Source of the DNA: an uncultured delta proteobacterium
Lineage (GTDB): Bacteria > Desulfobacterota > Binatia > UBA9968
Direction: 5' to 3'
NCBI GenBank assembly: GCA_963745035.1
Contig: CAVUVW010000015.1
Location: 300,414-364,413 of the forward strand
DNA: 64,000 nucleotides
Positions 43,928 through 53,798 of the stretch are shown here, in pieces. Each line of letters opens with the position of its first letter. Within the stretch, counting starts at the first letter, position 1. The translations under genes and the position numbers were made by a program. The notes beneath the pieces are model-generated. The model was not told the origin of the DNA. It worked only from the letters and a program-made list of their open reading frames with translations, and made no database searches.

Positions 43928-45199
43928 ATGTCCGATGCTTCGTCCGGCAGCACTGACCGCTCTGAATCGCTTCCACCCTGGGCGTCGCTGCGTTACCGCG
44001 ACTACCGTTTTTTGTTTTTGCTGGCGCTGTTCGCCACCAGCGCGCAGCAAATGCGCCAGGCGCAAAATTTTTACCAGGTCTACGAGCTTTCCGGTTCCGC
44101 GTTTCTTTTGGGGCTTACAGGTTTAGCCCAGGGAGTGCCAATTTTCGCTCTCGGCTTGTTCGGCGGTACCCTGGCGGACTTTCTTGATCGCAGGAAAATT
44201 CTTCTGATCACGATTTTCGGGAATCTTCTCGTCGCCATCATCCTGGGCTTCCTGACTCTCGCCGGGCTGATTCAGGTCTGGCACATTCTCGCCGCCACAG
44301 CGCTCACCTCGGCGCTCAACATCGTGCTCAACCCGACGCGCATGGCGCTCATCTCCCACCTTGTGCCGCGCTCGCACTTGACCAACGCCGTGGCGCTCAA
44401 CTCCAGCGTTTCGCAAGGCGCCCACTTCGTCGGGCCCATGCTCGGCGGTCTCAGCCTGGCGTGGATGAGCACGGGAAACGCGTATTTGTTCAATGCCCTC
44501 TTTTATCTTCCCGCCGCCATCGCCATCGTTCTGCTCAAAATTCCGGCGGTCGACAAGACCGCGCGAGAGAAATTTTCTCTCGTTAGTTTTCTGGGCGGGC
44601 TCAAATTTCTTTTTTCCGAGCCGGTTATTTTGACGCTGGTCTTGCTCGATTTTATCGTCATCGGGTTCGGTTATTATCGGCCGCTGCTGCCGATCTTTGC
44701 CAAAGACATTCTCTTCGTCGGTCCTGCCGGTTTCGGCATGCTCTCGTCCGCTCCGGCGATCGGCGGCGTCCTTGGCACTTTCACTCTGCTAGCCATCGGC
44801 GACGTCAAGGGCAAAGGGCTGCTCGCACTCTGGTCTTTTCTCGCCTACGCGCTTGCGCTCGGCGTTTTTGCGATTTCGACGAGCTTCTGGCTGTCGCTTC
44901 TTTTGCTCGGCATCATGGGCTTGGCTAATTCGCTGCAGGCGGTCATGCGCCAGACGAGCTTTCATCTTTTGACGCCCGATCACATCCGCGGCCGCGCCTT
45001 CTCGGTCTTCAACATGTTTTCGCAAGGCGCGAATTCCGTCGGCGCCACCGAGGTGGGCTTCATGGCCGCGCTCCTCGGCGCACCGGGCTCGCTCCTCTTC
45101 GGCTGTGCGGTGGGCGGGATGCTAACGCTGGGCTGTTGGATCTTGATGCCGGGCCTGAGAACCTTCGGAACAGAAACGCGCCGCCCCAGTCGCTCCTGA
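43928..45199 (+). CDS. MFS transporter (EntS/MFS_3-like)
   Basis: About 12 TM helices; GGTLADFLDRRK; PDHIRGR. Confidence 0.9.
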   Translation: MSDASSGSTDRSESLPPWASLRYRDYRFLFLLALFATSAQQMRQAQNFYQVYELSGSAFLLGLTGLAQGVPIFALGLFGGTLADFLDRRKILLITIFGNLLVAIILGFLTLAGLIQVWHILAATALTSALNIVLNPTRMALISHLVPRSHLTNAVALNSSVSQGAHFVGPMLGGLSLAWMSTGNAYLFNALFYLPAAIAIVLLKIPAVDKTAREKFSLVSFLGGLKFLFSEPVILTLVLLDFIVIGFGYYRPLLPIFAKDILFVGPAGFGMLSSAPAIGGVLGTFTLLAIGDVKGKGLLALWSFLAYALALGVFAISTSFWLSLLLLGIMGLANSLQAVMRQTSFHLLTPDHIRGRAFSVFNMFSQGANSVGATEVGFMAALLGAPGSLLFGCAVGGMLTLGCWILMPGLRTFGTETRRPSRS

Positions 45200-45292
45200 T
45201 CGACAACCGATCATCCGCGATGGAAAGGAAGTGTCCGCTGCGAAGCAATCGCGCTGTGGAAGGGCAGTCGCCCCGACTATCTTGCTCGGAGG

Positions 45293-46249
45293 CTACGGCA
45301 TCGTAAAAACGATCAGCTGGTCGGTGACTCCGCCGGAGCCCGGCTTGAGGGATCCCGCAGCGAGATAAACGCTTCCGCCCGCGCTCGCTGCACTGGTGCC
45401 GTGTCTTCCGGCGGGCATGGGTGCCAACGTCCGCCAAGTTTTTGTCTTGGGATCGTACGCTTCGTTCTCGGCAAATGTGTTGGGCGGAACTTCACCGCCC
45501 AAGATGAGAATAAGGCCGCGATATAACGTATAAGCGAGACCGCTGCGCGCCGTCGGCAGCGGCGGACCTGAGGTCCACGAATTGGTCGCCGGATCGTAGA
45601 TATCATGCATGTCGGTCTTGTCGCTGGAGGCGCCGAAGCGCCCGCCTATCGCGTGGAGTTTTCCCTCGGCAGCAACCAGCGCCAAATGATCGCGCGCTTT
45701 GGGCAGCGGCGCGCGCTCGCTCCAGCTGTTGCTCGCCGGATCGTAGACCTGATGCGTCGCGACGGTTTCGCCCGCCGGATTGCGTCCGCCCACCGCGTGG
45801 ATCTTGCCCTCGAGGACAGCGACCGCCACCGAGCCGAGGCCGGACTTGAGCGGGGTCAACTCGCGCCATTTATCGTCTGCGGGATCATACTCGAGAACAT
45901 GCGGCTGGCCGTCCTTGTGCACGGAGCCGACGAAGCCGCCGACGGTGTAGATCTTGCCGTTGAGAACCGCCGTGCCGATGTGATCGAGACCGTAGGGCAG
46001 CGGCGCGCGCGGACGCCAACGATCGGTGGCCGGATCATACTCATCATGGTAGGTCCCGGCCACGCCCTTGACCCCACCGCCGATCACGTGGACCTTTCCG
46101 CCCGCCGCAGCGAGCGCCACCTCGTTGCGCGCCAGCGGGATCGGCGCTTTCGTCGTCCAGCTTCCCTGCGCGTAAGTGTCGGCCGTCAACGCGCCGACTG
46201 CGATGCAGGCGCCGGCAAACATCAAAAGCTTCAGCAGTTTTGCATTCAT
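45293..46249 (-). CDS. Exported Kelch-repeat protein
   Basis: Signal peptide; repeated GKI...GG...YDP..W Kelch motifs. Confidence 0.92.
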   Translation of the reverse strand: MNAKLLKLLMFAGACIAVGALTADTYAQGSWTTKAPIPLARNEVALAAAGGKVHVIGGGVKGVAGTYHDEYDPATDRWRPRAPLPYGLDHIGTAVLNGKIYTVGGFVGSVHKDGQPHVLEYDPADDKWRELTPLKSGLGSVAVAVLEGKIHAVGGRNPAGETVATHQVYDPASNSWSERAPLPKARDHLALVAAEGKLHAIGGRFGASSDKTDMHDIYDPATNSWTSGPPLPTARSGLAYTLYRGLILILGGEVPPNTFAENEAYDPKTKTWRTLAPMPAGRHGTSAASAGGSVYLAAGSLKPGSGGVTDQLIVFTMP

Positions 46250-46359
46250 CGTCGCCTCCGATCTGCTCTGATTTCGTATGTTTGACCGTCCTTTGACACA
46301 ACGCCTAACGAAACATTTGTATTCTAGTTCAGAAAAAAGTCCTGGGTGGTAGAAGATTT

Positions 46360-47316
46360 CTAGCGCAGTTCCTTCTGCACTTCCCGCAGCAACGTAAGAT
46401 CGCGAACCTGAGCGAGCGGAATCGGCTTGTCCGCCCGTACCGTCGCTTTGCGCGACTCGATGGCGAACTCGTAGGTTTTGTCGACGGTGCCGCCGTCGGC
46501 GCTGAACGACGGCAGAATGGAGTCGTAGGAATCCCGCGCCACGTCGGCCGTTTGGCTCAACCAACGGCTCATGATCTGAATCGTATCGTCTCTCCGCTCG
46601 TGCATGAACCTAAGTCCGCGCAAGACCGCGCGTAAAACCTTCTTGGTTTCGTCGCGGTTGCTCTTCAGTCGGGAATCGGTGACCGCCACCGAAGAGATCG
46701 GGCTGCCTATTTTGAGATCTTTCGGCCCACCGAGCAGATTGTAACCCTCGCGGGTGAGGCGCACCGGACCCGGAGGCACGGTGCAAATCGCGTCGACAAG
46801 TCCTTTTCTAAGAATCTCGACGCGCACCGGCTCGTCGCCGCCCAAGGTCACGAACTGGACTTCCTTGAGATCAATGCCCTTGGCTTGAAGAATCGCTTCG
46901 GCGGCGAGCTGGTCGGAGCCGCCGATCCGCTGGGTGCCGATGCGCTTGCCGCGCAGATCGTTGATCGTCTTGATTTCCGGTTTCGCAACCAGGCTGTGCA
47001 GCGGCTTGTCGGTCAATACCGCGAGAATTTTGAACGGCATGCCTTGCATGGCGCCGGCGACGATATTGCCGAAGCTCAGGGTGTAATTCACCTCGCCGCT
47101 CATCAGCGCCGGCACCGCCACCTGGCTGCGCATCTGGATCAGTACAGGTTCGAGATTCTCGTCTTTGAAAAATCCGCGGGCGACGGCGACCTGCGCCGGC
47201 AAAAACGCGTAACTCCGGCTGCTGTACGAGATAATCACTTTATCGGCGCCGTAGCCGGGGCTTGGCGGCCAAAGAGCGATTAGGAGCGTAATTCCGAGCA
47301 AGTGGCGAAATTTCAT
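46360..47316 (-). CDS. ABC substrate-binding protein, NMT1/SsuA-like
   Basis: Signal peptide; GFFKDENLE; DLRGKRIG. Confidence 0.88.
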   Translation of the reverse strand: MKFRHLLGITLLIALWPPSPGYGADKVIISYSSRSYAFLPAQVAVARGFFKDENLEPVLIQMRSQVAVPALMSGEVNYTLSFGNIVAGAMQGMPFKILAVLTDKPLHSLVAKPEIKTINDLRGKRIGTQRIGGSDQLAAEAILQAKGIDLKEVQFVTLGGDEPVRVEILRKGLVDAICTVPPGPVRLTREGYNLLGGPKDLKIGSPISSVAVTDSRLKSNRDETKKVLRAVLRGLRFMHERRDDTIQIMSRWLSQTADVARDSYDSILPSFSADGGTVDKTYEFAIESRKATVRADKPIPLAQVRDLTLLREVQKELR

Positions 47317-47350
47317 GCGCGCTTGTTTACCTCATCATCATAAGAATATT

Positions 47351-48067
47351 TCATCGCGTCGCCAAAAACGGCTGCAGCAATCGAGTGTCGAATTCCTGTT
47401 CGAATAGATCGAACGGCAAAGTCTTCTGAGTTTCAGTCGTCTCGATAAAGGGAAAATCACCGAGGCAGGGCACGCCGGTCAACCCTGACAGAACCTGGCG
47501 ATTGGTCTCAGCCGCGGGAGAACTTTCATTTGAGAGACGATTGAGCACGTAGCCAAGCACGCTCAAACCTTTACAGCTCGCGTGCTCCACGGTGAGCAAA
47601 AGATGGTTAAGAACACCGAGTTTGTTGGCCGCGACCACCAGAAGAGGCAGTTTCAAAACACGTGCAAAGTCAGCGTACGTATAGCTTGGCAACAGCGGCA
47701 CCATCAAACCACCCGCTCCTTCGACCAGCGTAATATCATATTCGGCACTAATCTCGCCGTAGGTGGTCAGCAGGAGATCGACATCGATCTTCCGGCCGGC
47801 CCGTTCAGCCGCGATGCTCGGCGCCACTGGCTCGGCAAATCGATAGGGGCAAATCTTCTCGATGGGCTCGGCGCAGCCTGAAGCCTCCTTGAGTCGCACC
47901 GCATCATTCGGGATCAGCGTGCCATTTGTTTCCGTGCAGCCGGTTTCCACGGGCTTCAGCACCCCGATCCGGTAACCGCAGGCGCGGAGGTAAGCCGCAA
48001 GCGTTGCAGCGACAAGAGTCTTGCCCACGCCAGTGTCCGTGCCGGTGATGAAAATACCCTTTCCCAC
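47351..48067 (-). CDS. bioD: Dethiobiotin synthase
   Basis: TGTDTGVGKT; KPVETG; EGAGG; LGVLNH. Confidence 0.96.
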   Translation of the reverse strand: MGKGIFITGTDTGVGKTLVAATLAAYLRACGYRIGVLKPVETGCTETNGTLIPNDAVRLKEASGCAEPIEKICPYRFAEPVAPSIAAERAGRKIDVDLLLTTYGEISAEYDITLVEGAGGLMVPLLPSYTYADFARVLKLPLLVVAANKLGVLNHLLLTVEHASCKGLSVLGYVLNRLSNESSPAAETNRQVLSGLTGVPCLGDFPFIETTETQKTLPFDLFEQEFDTRLLQPFLATR

Positions 48068-48080
48068 TCAAACCCCTTCA

Positions 48081-48149
48081 GTCGAGTATCGAGGATCGAG
48101 GATGGAAGATTGGTATGCCATCCTCAATCCTCTATCCTCCATCCTCGAC
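48081..48149. repeat. GAGGATG heptamer tandem-repeat hairpin between bioA and bioD
   Basis: gagtatc gaggatc gaggatg gaagatt ... catcctc aatcctc tatcctc catcctc. Confidence 0.85.
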
Positions 48150-48156
48150 ATAATAT

Positions 48157-49515
48157 TCACGCCTCCGTCACCGCGCGAATAGACTCATAAACGACGTCGA
48201 GCAAAGTCGTCAACTCCGCGCCGCTAATCGTCAGCGGCGGCATCAGAATCACAATATCGCCGAGCGGGCGGATCAGCACGCCGCGCTTGCGCGCCTCGAG
48301 GATGACTTTATGTCCGATCCTGCGATCCGGCGCGATAGTTTTTGCGGTTTTCCTTAGCTTCCACCAGCTCGATGCCAACCATGTAGCCCCACTGGCGCAC
48401 ATCACTCACGTGCGCCAGCGTGCGAAACTCCCGCAGGCGCTCTGCCAGGCAACGAATGCCCGGCGCCATCTTGGCGATGATATCGTCGCGTTCGAAAAGC
48501 TCGAGATTGGCGAGCGCCGCCGCGCAACCGAGAGGATTGCCGGTATACGTATGCCCGTGGAAAAAAGTCTTGTACTCGTGATATTCGCCAAGGAACGCGG
48601 AGAATATTTCTTCCGTGGCCAAAGTCGCGGCGAGCGGCAGATAGCCGCCGGTGATGCCCTTGGCCAAGCATAAGAATATCCGGCGCCACCCCGGCGTGCT
48701 CGCAGGCGAACATCTTACCGGTCCGGCCGAAACCAGTGGCGACCTCGTCAAGAATGAGAAGGATCCCGTTTCGCCGGCACATTTCGCTCAATGCATGGAC
48801 ATACTCGACCGGCTGCGCCCACATGCCGGCCGCGCCCTGCATCAGCGGCTCCATCACCAAGGCGGCGAGCCGATCTTTATTTTCTGAAAGTTTCTGCTCC
48901 GCGTCTTTGAGCGCCGCTTCGAGCGCGTCCCCATCGCTCATCCGCTGGTAGTAGCGAAACACGTGCGGCGGGGTGAGGCGCAGCACGGGGAACAGCAGGC
49001 TCTTGTGAATAACGATGGAAAGTTTCCGAGTAGCCCATGCTCATCGAGCCCACGGTGTCGCCGTGATACGACTCCGCAAGCGAAGCGATCAAAGTGCGCT
49101 CTGTCGCGCCTTTGAGTTGCCAATACTGCACAGCCATCTTGAGCGCGATCTCGACGGCCGTGGCGCCGCTGTCGGAGTAGAAAACGCGCTTTAATCCAGG
49201 CGGGGCAATGCCGATCAATTTTTCCGCGAGCTGAATGCCGGGCGCATGGCTTAAACCGAGAAACGTCGAGTGGCCGATCCGATCGAGCTGATCTTTGATC
49301 GCGTCGTCGATCTCCTTTTTTCGGTGACCGTGCACGTTGCACCAAAGCGACGACACGCCATCCAAATATTTTTTTCCCTGCACATCGATCAAATAATGGC
49401 CGTCGCCGCGGCTGATGATGACGGGCTCCTCGGCCATCCATTCCTGCATCTGCGTGAACGGGTGCCAGAGATAAGTATGGTCGAGCTGCTTGAGCTTCTC
49501 GTGCTCGGTCGTCAT
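48157..49515 (-). CDS. bioA: Adenosylmethionine-8-amino-7-oxononanoate transaminase (several indels)
   Basis: WHPFTQM; [10 protein letters not shown]; YHGDT; [11 protein letters not shown]; [10 protein letters not shown]; HGHTYTGNP. Confidence 0.95.
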
Positions 49516-50680
49516 CGGAGTCGCGCCGACTTCTGTGAAAACGGCGAGGGCGCGCTCGATGTGCGCCCGCGTATGGGTCGCCATCAAGGTAATTCGCAGA
49601 CGCGACGTTCCCTCGGGCACGGTCGGCGGGCGAATCCCCTGGGCGAAAACCCCGCGCTCGAAGAGTTGCTCGGAAAAGCGCATGCACTTGGCAGCCTCGC
49701 CGATAATCAGCGGCAAAATCGGGCTGGCGCTCTCGCCGATGTGAAATCCGAGCGCGCGCAAGCCTGTCGCCAGCCTGCGGCAGTTGTCCCATAGCGCTTC
49801 GCGCCGCTCCGGCTCGCTTTGCACCAGATCGAGCGCCGCGATTGCCATCGCCATGACCGCGGGCGGAAGCGCGGTGGTGAAAATAAAGCTCCGGCAGCGG
49901 TTGATCAAAAGCTCGCGCAGCGCGCGGCTGCCGGCTACGTAGGCGCCGAAGCCGCCAAGCGCTTTGCCCAACGTCCCCATCTGCACGAGCACGCGATCGC
50001 CCAGCCCGAGCTTTGCGACCACGCCGGCGCCGCTCGGCGCCAAAAAGGCCCGTGGCGTGCGCCTCATCGACCATGACCGAGGCGCCGTATCGTTCCGCGA
50101 GCTCGACGATGGCGGCGAGCGGCGCTTCGTCGCCGTCCATGCTGAAGATCGATTCGGTGACGATCAACTTGCGCCGGCAGCGCTCGGCCTGCTTGAGCAG
50201 TGATGCCAGCCGATCGAGGTCGCAGTGCGGATAGACAAAAGTCTTTGCCCGCGACAAGCGGCAGCCGTCGATGATGCTCGCATGGTTCAGCGCGTCACTG
50301 AGAATCGCGTCGCCGTCGCCTGCCAAAGTCGAGAGAATACCGACGTTGGCTTGAAATCCGGAGTTGAAGACCAGCGCGGCTTCGCTGCCTTTGAATTCGG
50401 CGATACGCCTCTCCAGCTCTTCGTGCAGCGTCATGTTGCCCGAGATCAGACGCGACGCGCCCGAGCCGCAACCGTAGCGATCGATCGCCTCCTTGGCTGC
50501 GGCGGCGAGCTTGGGATGATTGGCGAGACCGAGGTAATTGTTGGAGGAAAAATTCAAAACTTCGCGGCCATCGACCGTCAAGACCGGTCCCTGGTCGCCC
50601 TCAACGGCCCTCAGCGTGCGATAGAGCGCGGCATTCTTAAGCTCCTGCAGCTCCCATTGAATAAAATCTTCGGCACTCAT
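49512..50680 (-). CDS. bioF: 8-amino-7-oxononanoate synthase (indels)
   Basis: SSNNYLGL; SGASRLISG; NHASIIDG; FSMDGD; DEAHA; GTLGKA; IRPPTVP. Confidence 0.95.
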
Positions 50681-50792
50681 GGGTTGGAATTAGATAATAT
50701 ACACATGGCGGCGTCGCAACACGACCGCGACGCGCGCTCTGGTTACATCTTGAGAGACGCTCTTTTTCGAAAAGAATCTCCGGCTGGGGAAG

Positions 50793-51437
50793 CTAACCGG
50801 CTTTACCGAGTTTTAGCTTGCGGCGGATTGCTTTCATGTCGTCCACGAGGCGGTCGAACTCGCGCTCGCGTTCGCTGCTTTCCTGCAAACGCAGAATAGC
50901 CGAAGGATGAACCGTGATAAACGCCTCGCGCGAATCGAGAGGAATAAATTTTCCGCGTTCCTGGTTGATCCTGACGGCACGGCCCAACACGGCGTGTGCC
51001 GCCGTGGAGCCCAACGCGGCGATGATTTTGGGTTGGATGACTTCGATCTCCGCCTCGAGCCACGGCTTGCACGCCATCACTTGGCGGATCAGCGGTTTTT
51101 GGTGCAAGCGACGTTTGCCGCGCTGGATGAATTTGAAATGCTTCACCGCGTTGGTGACGTAGGCTTGCTGTCGAGGAATCCCCGCCGCTGCGAGCGCCTT
51201 GTCCAAAAGACGGCCCGCCGGCCCGACGAACGGTTGCCCCTGGCGGTCTTCCATATCGCCCGGCTGCTCGCCGACGAACATGATGCTCGCCCTCTCCGAT
51301 CCTTCGCCGAAGACTGTCTGGGTCGCATCCCGATAGAGGTCGCAGCCCTTGCAGGATGCGGCGGCGGCTTGCAAATCCTCAAAGCTAAACCGCTTGGGCA
51401 GGAACTCGGCAGCCGAAGAGGTCGATCGCACAGCCAT
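50793..51437 (-). CDS. Family-4 uracil-DNA glycosylase, UdgX-type
   Basis: CKGCDL...TQTVFGEG; GEQPG; KHFKF...RGKRRLHQKP R-loop; HPSAILR. Confidence 0.88.
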   Translation of the reverse strand: MAVRSTSSAAEFLPKRFSFEDLQAAAASCKGCDLYRDATQTVFGEGSERASIMFVGEQPGDMEDRQGQPFVGPAGRLLDKALAAAGIPRQQAYVTNAVKHFKFIQRGKRRLHQKPLIRQVMACKPWLEAEIEVIQPKIIAALGSTAAHAVLGRAVRINQERGKFIPLDSREAFITVHPSAILRLQESSEREREFDRLVDDMKAIRRKLKLGKAG

Positions 51438-51531
51438 GAATTCAAAGCTAACACTCCAACTAGCCTGCGCCTAGATGATCCAGATGCGATAAACCCTTCG
51501 TGTCCTTTTTTTGAAAATAACAGGTAGAGAA

Positions 51532-51622
51532 AGATTTCTCACGGAGTTTATCGAGCATTGCCGAAGGGTTCGAAATGACAGGATTCTGCTACGTTGTCAT
51601 TCCGAACGGATGTGAGGAATCT
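51532..51622. repeat. About 90-bp palindromic REP-like element
   Basis: Outer agatttctcac / gtgaggaatct and inner ttcgaaatgaca / tgtcattccgaa inverted arms. Confidence 0.75.
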
Positions 51623-51806
51623 ATCCCAACGCATTTTCAGCATCTGTGGGCGGGCGTAAGCTCACGACCCACTTCGTGGTGAAAATCTCCCTCTTTCTTT
51701 GGCTGCGGTCCTGCACTCTGGGTTTTCCCGATCGTCGCGCTTGCGAGTTCGAACCGGACCCGGTTAAAGTGAGCGGAATTCACCTCGCGCGATCGATCCG
51801 AACCTC

Positions 51807-53174
51807 ATGGCCAAAGCAAAAACCGTCTTCGCCTGCCAGAGCTGCGGCTATCAGTCGCCCAAATGGCTCGGCAAGTGTCCGGATTGCAATCAGTGGAACA
51901 CGTTTGCCGAGGAGCGCTTCGAAAAAGCTTCGACGCCGCGCGGCGAGCTCAGTCTCGGCACCAAAGAAGATCCGGCGCCGATCCACGCCATCGACACGGC
52001 GGAAGAAGGCCGCCTGCTTTCCGGCATCGGCGAGTTTGACCGCGTGCTCGGCGGCGGGTTGGTGCCCGGCTCGGTGATCTTGATCGGCGGCGACCCGGGC
52101 ATCGGCAAATCGACGTTGCTGCTGCAAGCCTTCGCCGCCGTAAGCGAAAAAGGTGTCACCTGTCTCTACGTTTCCGGCGAGGAATCGCCGCGCCAGATCA
52201 AGATGCGCGCCGAGCGTCTGGGCATCGCCGCGCCGAACCTGCTGATCCTGAGCGAAACCTCGCTGGAGCGCATTCTCGAGCACGTCAAGAAAATCAAGCC
52301 CGGCCTTTTGGTGATCGACTCGGTGCAAACGATTTTTTCGTCGGCGATCCCGTCCGCGCCCGGCAGCATCGCGCAGGTGCGGGAAGCGTCGGGCGCGATC
52401 ATCGTGCTCGCGAAAAAAACCGGCCTGACGACTTTCTTGATCGGCCACGTCACCAAGGACGGCGCCATCGCCGGGCCGCGACTGCTCGAGCACATGGTCG
52501 ATACCGTGCTCTATTTCGAGGGCGAGCGCGGCCATAGCTTTCGCATCCTGCGCGCGGTCAAAAACCGCTTCGGCTCGACCAACGAGATCGGCGTCTTCGA
52601 GATGAAGGAAGCCGGCTTGAAAGAGGTCGCCAACCCTTCGGAAATTTTTTTGATGGAGCGGCCGCTGCAAGTCCCCGGCTCGGCGGTCGTCTGCAGCATG
52701 GAGGGAACACGGCCGATTCTCGTCGAGCTGCAGGCGCTGGTCAGCCGCTCCTTTCTCGCCGTGCCGCGCCGCACGACCATCGGCGTCGATCATAATCGGG
52801 TCGCGCTTCTGGTCGCCGTCTTGGAGAAAAAACTCGGCGCCAAGCTCTTCGATCAGGATATTTTCGTCAACGTCGCCGGCGGCGTTCACGTCGACGAGCC
52901 CGCCGTCGATCTCGGCATCGTCGCCGCCATCGCCTCGAGCAGCCGGGAAAATGTGCTGGATTCCAAAACCGTCCTGTTCGGCGAAGTCGGCCTCGCCGGC
53001 GAGATTCGCGGCATTTCCCAGGCGGAAGCGCGAGTCAAAGAAGCCGGCAAGCTCGGCTTCGAGCGCTGCGTGCTGCCGGCGAGCAACTGCGCTCAGCTAA
53101 AGCACATCACGCACCCCCAACTCACCGGCGTCGGCTCGCTCGGCGAGTGCTGGAAGGTGATATTTGAGGATTAA
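51807..53174 (+). CDS. radA: DNA repair protein RadA/Sms
   Basis: C4 zinc finger; GDPGIGKSTLLLQ; KNRFG; GEVGLAGE. Confidence 0.98.
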   Translation: MAKAKTVFACQSCGYQSPKWLGKCPDCNQWNTFAEERFEKASTPRGELSLGTKEDPAPIHAIDTAEEGRLLSGIGEFDRVLGGGLVPGSVILIGGDPGIGKSTLLLQAFAAVSEKGVTCLYVSGEESPRQIKMRAERLGIAAPNLLILSETSLERILEHVKKIKPGLLVIDSVQTIFSSAIPSAPGSIAQVREASGAIIVLAKKTGLTTFLIGHVTKDGAIAGPRLLEHMVDTVLYFEGERGHSFRILRAVKNRFGSTNEIGVFEMKEAGLKEVANPSEIFLMERPLQVPGSAVVCSMEGTRPILVELQALVSRSFLAVPRRTTIGVDHNRVALLVAVLEKKLGAKLFDQDIFVNVAGGVHVDEPAVDLGIVAAIASSSRENVLDSKTVLFGEVGLAGEIRGISQAEARVKEAGKLGFERCVLPASNCAQLKHITHPQLTGVGSLGECWKVIFED

Positions 53175-53242
53175 GATTTTCAGGACTGAGGACAGAGTGA
53201 AAGTTCGGATCTCAGTACGCAGTCCTCATCCCTCAGTCCTCA
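53165..53242. repeat. TGAGGAC heptamer tandem-repeat hairpin after radA
   Basis: tgaggat...caggac tgaggac agagtga ... tcagtac gcagtcc tcatccc tcagtcc tca. Confidence 0.75.
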
Positions 53243-53297
53243 TTCGCTTTGCTCTTGAATCCCACGCGCCCGTTGGTTATCAATAATAGCTCTCCGC

Positions 53298-53341
53298 GCC
53301 GGAGTGGTGGAATGGCAGACGCGCCGGACTCAAAATCCGGT
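53298..53341 (+). repeat. 44-bp 5' fragment of tRNA-Leu(CAA), left att direct repeat
   Basis: Identical to 58062-58105 through the anticodon arm, then diverges; no T-arm or 3' acceptor strand. Confidence 0.93.
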
Positions 53342-53453
53342 GGGGTGTTAGTCGGAAAACGAGGGCTTAGCAATAAGTCCTCGTTTTTTTATGCACTTAC
53401 GTTTCGCTTATTTCTCTTATTTCGCTCGCTCTAGCTCATTTCCGGTCAGTTTT

Positions 53454-53475
53454 TTTGAAAATGGTTTGAAAATGA
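53454..53475 (+). repeat. TTTGAAAATG(G/A) x2, putative integrase arm-type sites
   Basis: Same motif and period as 58012-58033. Confidence 0.7.
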
Positions 53476-53798
53476 TTTGCCCGGCAAATACTCTGCCGTA
53501 GGTGATACAGGCATGGCAGTGAACTTCGACATGATAGTCGGTGTACCGCTCACGCTTCTGTGTCTCTTTGGTGCATGGCGTGCGTGGTTCTATGTTGCGT
53601 GGCACCGTACATGGCGGAAGCTGGTAGCGGTGGTGCTCGTGTTGTGGGGCGGCAATCTTCGCCGCGATTACCATCGGCATTCGCTGCTGAGGTATCTCTG
53701 CTACGAATGATCGCCCTCGGTGACATTCCTATCGACCCGCAAGAAGACGTTCGGTCCAGGCGCACACGGAGAATTTGTAGCCAAGGAGTAATGTCGTC

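Noticed and set aside
48877-50067. Apparent BioF-BioA in-frame fusion
   Set aside because: An ATGA overlap sits at 49512-49515 and one indel near the bioF end restores separate genes; indels are frequent in this locus
53249-53434. 61-aa ORF across the tRNA fragment
   Set aside because: It is a translation of tRNA-derived and att sequence, not a gene
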